A stretch of 64,000 nt of DNA from Lepidodermella squamata. Taxonomy: Eukaryota > Animalia > Gastrotricha. Where the stretch lies: assembly GCA_047495785.1 (NCBI GenBank), contig JBLDXI010000036.1, positions 930,001 through 994,000 on the forward strand. Direction: 5' to 3'. The position numbers were made by a program, and so were the translations under genes. Shown piece after piece: positions 38,727 through 49,623 of this stretch (position 1 is the first letter of the stretch; the number at the start of each line of letters is the position of its first letter). The notes below the pieces were generated by a model that searched no databases, was not told the DNA's origin, and saw only the letters and a list, made by a program, of their open reading frames with translations.

Positions 38727-41700
38727 TCATAGCATCTCAGGAATCGCATAGGAAGCGCACCGAATTTCTGAGATTCGTTGATGAATGGAGGTTAACGTTG
38801 GAAATTTGTTCAAGCAAGCAACGCTTCCCATCAACGGTTCGAAAGGTGTAGCCCACGATCTATTATAACGAGTAATAAATCGTAAATTAATGTTTTAAAT
38901 TATTTAATATTAAGTTATACCCTGCCAAGTGGAATGCTTTTGCTGTAGTTAATGGCTGTGTTAGCGTTACTTCAGATCTGCTACCTGAATCACAAACAAG
39001 TGAGAGCGTTTGCGTTAGAGGGTCGAAAAAAATCCTGAGATAATGCCATTGAATTCCGCTCGATTCGGCACATCGAACTGTTAAATCAGCCGACCCATCG
39101 CCGTAAGGCCTAAGAATGAAGGTTCGATTGACGTTGGCTGTAAGTCTGAACCCCGCCGTTGACGCATCGGGAGCGTATTCTAGGATTGTGCCTTTCTGCT
39201 TGGCCGGAGTAGCGTAAAGTATCATCGTGAAATAGGAAGCCAGCGCGATCTTTTCGGCAGTTACAGCTATAGGATCGGTTGAATTGAAATAAAAAGCTGT
39301 GTTAGACCGGCCGAACGGTCCAGTCACCTGTGGCAGAGGCGTAGATGGGGTCGTGAAATCAGCTCTAGGCTCGCTGTGGTCATTCAGATCAGAAACCAGA
39401 GGCCACGTCACCACCGGCGTTTGCGTGAGACCATTGAATACATCCGGTGTAACAATCATCCCCGCCCGAATTTGAAGGCACTTCTTCCTAAGAATCCACA
39501 ATTTGTCGAGAGTCATCGCGTGTTTGTGAAGCGAAAAACACGACAGCCACCCTTGGAAATTAGTGTAACCGCCCAAATCACCACCGAGCTTTATTTTCGA
39601 ACTAACCAGCGGTCTCGTATTTTGAGTTACTGACTCTTCATAGACAAAGTTATCATGAACGATCAGCAACTTCTGCGTATCGTAGTTGTAGGATATAGCG
39701 ACGAAGGCAGTCGTCGGGTCAACACTCGGCACTGCACCAGCAAGAGGAATAGCGTAGTTCTGATCTATCACAGAGAAATAGATTATTCGTTGGATAAAGC
39801 ATCACTATGTTTGAGTCTCAAGAACAGAAACAGAAAAAAGGCAATTGAAAACTCACTTGTGGTTACTCGAAGGAAGTTCGTTGCTCTGTTAATATCAACG
39901 TTAGTAAGATCTCTTGTGTCGTAGAACTCGAAAATTCGTTGCAAGCCGCTAGAGCCCGACGGAAACTGGACGTATACAGCAATTGTGAACGATGAATTCT
40001 CGACATTGAGCAGATTGCTATCCAGGAGTACGGAACCATTTGCGGAATCAATAGACAGCGCATCGATGTCTAACGGGGAAGTTGCGTATGTCAACGATGA
40101 GCCGGAGTAATTCCCGTTAATTCCATTTCCGCTGATGTCAGTCGTGCCGTAGTCACTGCTGAGGGGTAGATATACAGTTTCAAGTGGCAGCCCGAAAGGA
40201 GTCTCTGATAAAGAAATCCGAATCATCCATTGTACTAAAGTATTAAAGCAGCAGCTTACGCTTATCACACAGCTCAGCACTTGTGAATGTTGTCGATGAT
40301 GAAGTCTGTTGAAAATTAGCTGTGATGAAACATTGGCTTCATATCGTAGAACTCACCCAGTTTGGAGGGCAGTCAGCTGCTACTGGAACGCATTTCGCCG
40401 CCATAATACGAGCTAACGTGCAAAGCTTGTGCTGAAAACCAGAAAACAAGAAATCTTATCGGCTGAAAAGTTGAGCAATTGTTGTTTCATATTCTTACTT
40501 TAGCCACATAAATCTAGCTAGGGTCTTTTTCATAAAAAAATACCGTATTCTCTGTGGTTTCCACCTTGCAAGCGTTGTAATTTTCTTTGAACAACGTCGA
40601 GTTGCCATAGACTTTGATCTAGATAAGCATGACATCGCTTTATAATTAGGAAACCGAGTAATGATGCCTCACTCACCCGAGTACCATTTGGAAAAATTCC
40701 GTAGCACTGCTTGCCGTTGCTTGTGGCACATTGGACAGCTCTCTATTGGAAGAACAAATCAACTAGAAATCCCTATACTAAGAGCTTAATAAATTTCGAT
40801 TTACTATCCAGGAGTATTTTCTGGGATAAAAATAATTATAATTTTGAAAGATAGATAGAGCTTGAGCACTTCAGGGGCCAGATTCTCAGGTAAAAATTGT
40901 TGTTTGAAAATATTAGTTTACCCCTTTCAGGCAGTTATCCCGGTTGCTGAATGTAGCCGATGAAAACTCCCGAGTCTCAACCCCTGCCTGGCAGCCAGTT
41001 GTCTCGAGGCGACAATCGATGAAGCTCCCGTTGGATGAGCTGAAGCACCTAACATGCGGTTTCTCGCTGTCTTGAATTTGAACTGTTACAATTCAAGACG
41101 TATAGGTTTATTCGACATTCGATGGGCAAAATCGAACTCACGTGAAGTTCCCGAGATGCATTCACTGAGATTACGATAAGGACTTCCACCTGATGCGAGC
41201 TACAAAAGCATGAATTCCGAAAATCCATATCAAGAAATTATCTCTCCTATTCATCATACCCAGTTCTCGGGACAGGCGTAGTTCGCTGGGACACAGGTTT
41301 TCACTACTCCGTTGGCACTGCATCTTTTGAAAGCTTGATTCTAAAAATGTCAAGTTAAAAAGCAGAGGTAGCAAATAACATAACATTTACCGCGAATTTC
41401 GATCTCGCGTTATTGCAAGCTGTCAAACTGTCTTTCAGCATATTGTTTTTGAACCAATTAAGCTGGAATTAAAGGAGAGACTAAATTAAATTTTTAATCG
41501 AACAGTGAGCTGTGAATTTACCTCGATTTCTCTGTCAGCTGCTGGTTCGCCAGTCAATTTACAGTTGCCGAGGCCGGGATTGCATCGCGGTGTCAGGGCG
41601 CCGTATTTGTAACACATTTTAGCATTCTGCGCACCAAAGCGATAATTCAACAGTGAAACACGTGGATTTCTCGTAGCTTACCCCCAATCGACACGTTGCT

Positions 41701-43150
41701 AAGTCTGCGAACAATGGACCCCACTAAGGAAAAGAAACAAATTTGAAAATCAGAATTCAATTTAATGACTAAATTCAAATTTATTTCAACCTAATGATCA
41801 TGGAAATCATAAAGATTTTAAAATTTCCCCCGCACTTGGGAATGAATTTCGATGGGATTTTCCAGCAATTTACTTTATTTTTCTTTATTTATTTATTTAT
41901 AATAAAAATAATTATAATTTTGAAAGATAGATAGAGCTTGAGCACTTCAGGGGCCAGATTCTCAGGTAAAAATTGTTGTTTGAAAATATTAGTTTACCCC
42001 TTTCAGGCAGTTATCCCGGTTGCTGAATGTAGCCGATGAAAACTCCCGAGTCTCAACCCCTGCCTGGCAGCCAGTTGTCTCGAGGCGACAATCGATGAAG
42101 CTCCCGTTGGATGAGCTGAAGCACCTAACATGCGGTTTCTCGCTGTCTTGAATTTGAACTGTTACAATTCAAGACGTATAGGTTTATTCGACATTCGATG
42201 GGCAAAATCGAACTCACGTGAAGTTCCCGAGATGCATTCACTGAGATTACGATAAGGACTTCCACCTGATGCGAGCTACAAAAGCATGAATTCCGAAAAT
42301 CCATATCAAGAAATTATCTCTCCTATTCATCATACCCAGTTCTCGGGACAGGCGTAGTTCGCTGGGACACAGGTTTTCACTACTCCGTTGGCACTGCATC
42401 TTTTGAAAGCTTGATTCTAAAAATGTCAAGTTAAAAAGCAGAGGTAGCAAATAACATAACATTTACCGCGAATTTCGATCTCGCGTTATTGCAAGCTGTC
42501 AAACTGTCTTTCAGCATATTGTTTCTGAACCAATTAAGCTGGAATTAAAGGAGAGACTAAATTAAATTTTTAATCGAACAGTGAGCTGTGAATTTACCTC
42601 GATTTCTCTGTCAGCTGCTGGTTCGCCAGTCAATTTACAGTTGCCGAGGCCGGGATTGCATCGCGGTGTCAGGGCGCCGTATTTGTAACACATTTTAGCA
42701 TTCTGCGCACCAAAGCGATAATTCAACAGTGAAACACGTGGATTTCTCGTAGCTTACCCCCAATCGACACGTTGCTAAGTCTGCGAACAATGGACCCCAC
42801 TAAGGAAAAGAAACAAATTTGAAAATCAGAATTCAATTTAATGACTAAATTCAAATTTATTTCAACCTAATGATCATGGAAATCATAAAGATTTTAAAAT
42901 TTCCCCCGCACTTGGGAATGAATTTCGATGGGATTTTCCAGCAATTTACTTTATTTTTCGTGAATTATTAATAAAAAACTTCGATAGAAAATACCTGATA
43001 CTCGGTGATAGGATCGCAGGTGGGGTTGTTATCACGGCACGAAGTAAATGCGTTGTTGGTCACCTGAAAGCATCGCTTGAAGTTCTGGCAAGACGCTTGA
43101 CCAAGCAACGTGGAAGACGTTACAAGAATTAGTGAAATAAAGCTTCTCAT
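38727..43150 (-). CDS. Array copy 7, containing an internal tandem duplication of exons 2-7
   Basis: ATG 43150 MRSFISLILVTSSTLLGQASC; exons 2-7 appear twice (1076 bp period); ends AIPEML-TGA at 38727. Confidence 0.8.
40826..42959. repeat. Near-perfect tandem duplication, 2 x ~1.06 kb (period 1076 bp)
   Basis: 40826-41883 matches 41902-42959; identical ORFs are called at 41171 and 42247. One substitution noticed (gtttttgaac vs gtttctgaac). An AT-rich ttta spacer sits at the junction. Confidence 0.9.
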
Positions 43151-43199
43151 TGCTGGTTTATTCGCATAAAATGAAAAGGATTAATGACAGGGGAGGGTT

Positions 43200-43270
43200 G
43201 AAAATTCACTGAAGGCACGCGTTTATGGCTGGCCCGTGGCTCGTGACTTATTTGGCTGTCAAAACAACGC
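43200..43270 (-). promoter_or_regulatory. Conserved upstream motif block of the array genes (also ~7675-7755, 17895-17975, 24605-24665, 29405-29470, 37735-37795, 48590-48635)
   Basis: On the + strand: gcacgcg ... tggcc.gtggctcgtg ... tcaaaacaac recurs 55-130 bp upstream of the ATGs (partial in some copies) while the flanking DNA is unalignable. Confidence 0.65.
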
Positions 43271-43642
43271 AATATGACTCTTCAAATGGAATTTGGCCTG
43301 AAATTCGAATTAACCTGACCTGGACATATTTTTGTCCATTATTATTTTATCTGTCATTAATGGCTTTGCTAATTATTGGCTCTGGTCGATAGGCAATGAA
43401 TAATTTAGAAAAGCTCGCGATTTAATTTGAGGCCATGGGTACGAAAAATACTTAAGACACTGAAGACATTTAATTCTCTCATCACTACTATGATTTGGCC
43501 CGCGTGAATTAGGGCGATTTCCCAAATATTGCTAGGTGAAAAATGTGAATGAATAAGCGTGAATAAGCTTGCTATCGGAAAAGCAGCTGAAATGTTTTAA
43601 AAATGCTTCATTCTTCTGTCGGCTGATTCTGATAATTTAGAT

Positions 43643-44086
43643 CAGTGTGGTCCAAACGTGGACTCCGGAGCCTTTTGGACTCTTTTCGACATTTTGTGGG
43701 CTCCGAAACGTTATTTGGTTTTTCGAGGTTGGACTCCGAATGGGCTCCGAACCTGGCCTCCGCCAGGCTCCATCGGAATCCTTCACCTGAAATTGGTCAC
43801 CAACGAGAGGTTGCTCATGAATCCTCGAACTTTTAATGCATTTTAAGCCAATTTTCGGCTTGAAAATGCTCAAATAAGCGTTAGCTCGCCAGTCGACTTT
43901 TCTGAGCAGTTTTTTAGGCCACAAATTTTTTGAACCCAGGGGTAAATACATATCACCCCCTTCTCAAGAAAAGAAGAGCTTAAAAAAAGCACATCACCCC
44001 CAAAATTTTACTGAAAATACCCTGTGTGGACTCCACCGGCCTTTTTGGGCTGCGGACTCCAAAATTTTTGGGCTTGGACCACACTG
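43643..44086. mobile_element. hAT-like MITE
   Basis: 13 bp TIR cagtgtggtccaa / ttggaccacactg; repeated ggactcc/gggctcc subterminal motifs; TSD not clean. Confidence 0.6.
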
Positions 44087-44998
44087 TAAAATTTAGATTT
44101 TAGCATGCTCATGTAACTCCCGGTAACCAATGGACCGAGTTCAGCCTATACGGCGAATCACAGTATGGGCCAGGCAACACCGAAAGATGTCAAAGTTTCA
44201 GTTAAAACAAGATCGAGCCATTTCATCACCGCTTTGGATGGGTTCCCTGGAAACACGCCAGTTGCGACTCTGGCTATTGCATATAGAGATCAGATTAACC
44301 AGAGAGGAATTTCATCCTCTCTGGAACCCCTTGATTCGTTTGTGTTTTTCATGGTCCAGCCAGATTAATTTTGATTTACCCTTGAGGATGCAATCGAACA
44401 ATTGATGCTGTGGTTCTAGAATCTCTCCTCCTTTTTGTTGAAAAATTGCTTTAGAGAGGAACGACAGTTTTAAAATCGCTCTATTTTATCAATTGCTTGA
44501 ATTTTGGGAGCCAACATCTCGTGAACATCCTGATTCTTTGTGATTATCGGTGTCGGTGATTTGATTTGATTGATTATTTGATTGATGGACTTCCCGGACG
44601 TAACGGGACGAAATAACGAGCGAAGCGAGGAAATTGCGAAGATTTCCTATTAATGCACGCTCAAAAACCTCTCAAACCTAACCCTAACGAAACGGTGGGA
44701 TACCTTCGCATTTTGTTGGCTGGCCCGGCCGAGCTGGGGGGATAATTTCAAAACGAATCGTTATGGCTTCTGGATAAATAAATTTGACGAAATGTTGAAC
44801 GGCATTATGAAATTGTTTTTACCGAATATTATTTATTTTAATAACCTGCATATCATTTGCTGCTTCGTAAATTACACAAGCGTGATTAAAAATTGATACT
44901 TGACATCTTAAATCATAAATAGGTCACTATTTTCAACACACAAGTCTAGGTAATTAGTTGTTCAGATTGGCAAATTTTCTTAAATACAATGCCGAATG

Positions 44999-47900
44999 TT
45001 AGAACATTCCAGGGATCGCGTAGGAAGCGCAAAGAATTTCCCTAATCCTTTGTTGATCGGGGGTGAGGTTCCCGCTAAAGCTCAGGCAAGCTAAGCCCCC
45101 CACCAACGGCTCGTTAGGGGCAGTCCAAGACCTACGAACAGCAGTAATTCAAAAAAGAACAAATGTGATAATTTCAAGGTACAAACCCCGCCAAGTGGAA
45201 TGATCCAGCAGTAGTGAATCGCTGTACTATTGGAGCTTCGGCTACAATCCTCGAATCACATATGAAGGATAGTTTTAGGTTTTGAGGGTCGATGCTAATC
45301 CTGAGATACTGCCATTCGATTCCGCTCGACTCGGCACAACTAACTGTTAAATCAGCCGATCCATTGCCGTACGGCCTGAGAATGAAGGTTCTATTGACGT
45401 CGGCCGTCAGTCTGAACCCTGTCGTCGACCCATCAGGGGCGAATTCCAGAAGTATGCCCCTCTGCTTGGCTGAACTAGCATACAACGCCAACGTAGTAGC
45501 ACCATTTATCACGTTATTTGCGGCAAACAAAGCAATAGGATCGGTTGAATTGAAATAAACGGCCGTATTTGGGGGGCCGAACGGTCCAGTCACCCGTTGC
45601 AAAGCCGCAATCGAGGTCGTAGATTTAGCCGTAGGCTCCCTGCTCTCTTTCAGATCGGAAACCAAAGGCCATATTGAAGACGCGTTTACTAAGGTGTAGA
45701 CTATCTCCCGAGTCATAATCCACCTTTTCCGGACTTGAAGACACTTCTTACGAAGTATCCACAATTGAGCGACGGTCATAGCGTGTTTGTGGAACGAGAA
45801 GCATGCCATTCCGCCTTCGAAATTGATGCTTCCACCCAAATCGCCACCGAGTTTCAGTTTCGAGCTAACTAGTGGTCTTGAAGTGAGTGGTTCTTCGTGG
45901 ATAAAGTTTTCATGAACGACCAGCAGCTTCTGCGTATCGTAGTTGTAGGAAATCGCAACGAAGGCAGACGCTAGTTCAACGCTAGACACTGCACCATTGA
46001 TGGCTAGGCCGAGGTTCTGATCTATGACAAAAAATTTCAAACTTGTAAATTCCTATTCAAAGATCCAATCAAAGGGGGTGGGAGGGGAAGGGGTTTCATA
46101 TCCTCAGCTCGCAATGCGCGCAAGGTGGGAACCTCCTAGCTCCTAGAAACCAACAGGGGAACCTTTGGTCATCAAATGCGGACCTGAAAATTCCCTCTAG
46201 GTCGAGGATCCTAGGTCATAAACAACGTTTTTCCCGAAAGTTGAATGTTTTTCAACGGGAAATCAGTGGAGGGGAAATCAAGGTTCCATTGTATACTTCA
46301 AAACTTACTTATTATTACTCGAATTGTGTCCGTTGCTCTGTCAATATCGAAGCTAGCAAGATCTTCTTCATTGTAAAACTCGAAAATTCTTTGCAAACCG
46401 CTGGAACCCGGCAGAAATATTGCGTAAACAGCGATCGTAAACGATGAATTGTCGACATTGAGCAAGCTATTGTCCAATAGCATCGAGCCGGTAAATGAGT
46501 CAATATTTACTGCATAGTCGTCGTAAACACCGACCCGGTATGAAAACTGTGATCCGGTGTAATTTCCGTTGATGCCATTGCCACTGATGTCCCTCGCATC
46601 CTCGTTGAAAGGTAGGTATACAGTTTCAATTGGTAGCCCGAAAGCGGTCTCTGAATAAAAAAAGGGGAGTTCCAGAATTAGAGGTAATACCGACTCACGC
46701 TTATTACACAGCTCAGCAGATTCGAACGTTGAATTGGAGATCTGGATGAAAATTAATTCTGATGAAACGGCGTTTTTTCACCATTGGAACTTACCCAGTT
46801 TTGAGGGCATTCGTTAGCTACTGGAACACATTTGGCAGCCATGATCAGATCATATGTGCAAAGCTTGTGCTGGAAAAGAGAAAAAATTGTAACAGTTTGG
46901 GAATTTAAATCTTGCTATTGTTCTTTCAATGAGTGCTCTCATCGAAAATTATGATGACAATCAGTGCGTGTAGGATCCAGGGCGCGAAGTACGGGGGAAT
47001 GAGGGGTATCGTTTCCCCCAGTTCAGCAGGCCAAAGTGAAAAATCCCAAAACCACAGGGGAACCTGTGGTTTTGGGGAAATACCCCCTAGTTCGAGGATC
47101 CTACTTCGACCAAAAGGTCATCCCTGTGGATTTTTTGGGGGTTGGGGAGGTATGGCACCATAATTCCCATACAACCCCTTTCCCTCTCCCCCAACCTCGT
47201 ACTTCGCGCTGTAATGGCAATTACCATTTGTTCCGTGGGCTTCGTCTTGCAAGCGTCGTAATTTTCTTTGAACGACGTCGAATTGCCGTAGACTTTTACC
47301 TAGAATCATTGAATCGGCTTAGATAAGCAGATATAGATGACTTGCTTACCGGAGTACTAATCGGAAAAGCTCCGTAGCACTGCTTGCCATTGCTTGTCTC
47401 ACATTGGACAGCTCTCTGTTCGGAGAAAAAGAATCATCAAGGTCAAAATTGATCTCACCATTTGATGTTACCCCTTTCAAACAGTTTTCCCTGTTGCTGA
47501 AAGTGGCCGAGGAAAATTCTCGAGTTTCAGAGCCAGCCTGGCAGCCAGTTGTCTCGAGGCGGCAATCAATGAAGCTCCCGTTCGATGAGCTGAAGCACCT
47601 AACATGCGGTTTCTCGCTGTCTGGTACTTGTACTGATATCGGTCGAAAGAAATAAATCCCTTCGATGTTAACTTATCATGTTATGAAGAACATACATGTG
47701 GTTCTGGAGATGCAGCGGCCAAGACTATTGTAATTACTTCTACCTTTGAGCTACAGTGACATTTTTTTAAATTATGGCAATAGGTTAATGATTTTTCTAA
47801 CCCAGTTCTCAGGACAGGCGAAGTTGGCCGGGACACAAGTTTTGACCACCCCATTCGCCGTGCATCGTTTGAAGGGTTGATTCTAAAAGATGAAAGTAAT

Positions 47901-48534
47901 CGGATTTTTCAACATTTTACAATTTACCGCGAATTTCGATCTGGCGTTATTGCAAGCGGTCAAGCTGTCTTTCAACGTGTTAGCCCTGTACCAATTAAGC
48001 TGAAGTTGAAAAAGTAGTAAATTGAAATGAGATTGAACATAGAGCTGTTAAGTTACTTCAATTTCTCTATCAGCAGCTGGCCCGCCACTCAATTTGCAGT
48101 TGCCGAGGCCGGGATCGCAGCGTGGTGTCAGGGCGCCGTATTTGTAGCACATTTTAGCATTCTGTTATCGATAGAAAATTGCAGGAATATGGGACCAGCA
48201 ATTCATAATCTCGTACCCCTAAACGGCACGTTTTGACATCTGCGAACAAAGGCCCCGACTATGAAAAATAAAACGAAATTAAACATTAGAAATCAAATTT
48301 TCAACAAGAAAAAAATTGGAAAAAATTTAAAAATTTGTTTACATTTGTTTAAATGTGTTTCGAATCGAATAAAATTCTTCAAAATACCTGGTATTCGGTA
48401 ATAGGATCACAGGTAGCATTGCACGAAATGAATGCATTGCTGGTCACATGGAAGCATCGTTTGAAGGCTTGGCACGATGCCTGGCTGATAAAAGCGAACG
48501 AAATCACGAGAATTAGTGACAAAATGCTTCTCAT
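44999..48534 (-). CDS. Array copy 8: secreted Cys-rich + tandem LamG-like protein
   Basis: ATG 48534 MRSILSLILVISFAFISQASCQAFKRCFHVTSNAFISC; full exon chain; ends AIPGMF-TAA at 44999. Confidence 0.85.
46962..47210. mobile_element. Small TIR element family in introns (relatives at ~21119-21290, ~27626-27850, ~46070-46290)
   Basis: gcgcgaagtacg / cgtacttcgcgc inverted ends; shared core cccctagttcgaggatcctact also at ~21235 and, diverged, at ~46195. Confidence 0.55.
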
Positions 48535-48859
48535 TGCTGTTTTAATCGAAAAGAAAATAAAAAATATGAATGAGAGCCAAAGGTTGGGAATTCACTGAAA
48601 GCACGCGATTTAGGCAAGCGCGAAGCTGGTGCCAAATATTGTATTAATAACTTTGGCCCTATGAACAATTTTTACTGCCAATGACCAGCTACAATCGAAT
48701 CAGCTCTGGAAAATGAGCAACGACTCATTTTAGGTTCGGGAGGTTGATTAAAGCCTTGAATCAGATCAGGGCGAGATAGTTTTCTCGAAACATTGATACC
48801 ATCAAGCGATCCGCTTATCTTTCTATTCGCTATTCCAACTTGAAGAGATTGAGCATTCG

Positions 48860-49260
48860 AAACTACATCACAGAATGGTGTAGTCTGAAAAATAAATACC
48901 TGGTATGAAGTGCGAAAAAATGATTGATTACAAGGCTTGCGGGCCGCAACCAATGCAAGTTACCTACTTGAATGCCGGGCCGCTCAAAATCGGGCTTAAA
49001 ATGTAGGATGAGAAGCACTGTAATAGAAAATTAAAAGAAGAATGGAAATTTAATTTAGAATTCTTACTGTCCTGGCTGCAAGGACGATCCGGCTGATGTT
49101 CGAAGCCGAAAATTAACCCGTTAGAACTTTCAAGCCTCCAGGTACATTCAGACCCAGCTTCGTAGGGCGTTGGGTAGTTGGGCGAGGTGAAATAAATAGT
49201 TGAACAAGGTTCGATCAATGATCCCGCCGCATCTAGGATCTTTGGTCAGGTTGGGGGAAA
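48860..49260 (-). pseudogene. Relic duplicate of the astacin gene CUB and kringle exons
   Basis: CSTIYFTSPNYPTPYEAGSECTWRLESSNGLIFGFEHQPD nearly matches 52580-52770 but has a 2-nt deletion after CGGII; QTTPFC kringle remnant at ~48868-48886. Confidence 0.8.
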
Positions 49261-49623
49261 AATTCATGGCTATTATTCGATAAAGTGCGGTTTTTGCACC
49301 TGTCACTTATGAGGTCATCTAACCAAATTCATTCTATGTATTTCAAAATCACGTAGTACGTGATGATGTACGTTTGTCAGTGGAAAAATCGCCCACCATT
49401 CAATCAACCACTGTCGAGTGCAAAATATGCATAGGCATAATTTTGGATACTTAGATTATGATATAAGATGGCGATATTTATGGAACTACAGAACGTCTTA
49501 CTGCATTTCTACGCATTGGATTTGGTAATTAGGTGGTGTACAGTTTCTCGACGCCCTCTTGCGTTCATAGTGTACTTAATAAAATTGTTTTTATGCAATT
49601 TTTAGCAATTTACTCACAATCAA

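Noticed and set aside
44130-44420. Short ORFs between copies 7 and 8, and coding-like patches at ~25060-25280 and ~38080-38400
   Set aside because: No recognisable motifs or consistent splice structure; cannot be supported without a search.
1329-48534. Prokaryotic-type diversity system (CRISPR array, DGR or invertible cassettes) suggested by repeats plus an RT fragment
   Set aside because: The repeats are spliceosomal exons of paralogous eukaryotic genes. The RT is a frameshifted LINE relic with no template/variable repeat pair.
1329-48534. One giant gene with repeated domains or Dscam-like mutually exclusive exon clusters
   Set aside because: Seven units have their own ATG, signal-peptide exon and promoter block, and all eight have a stop. 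Only copy 5 leaves room for cross-copy splicing.
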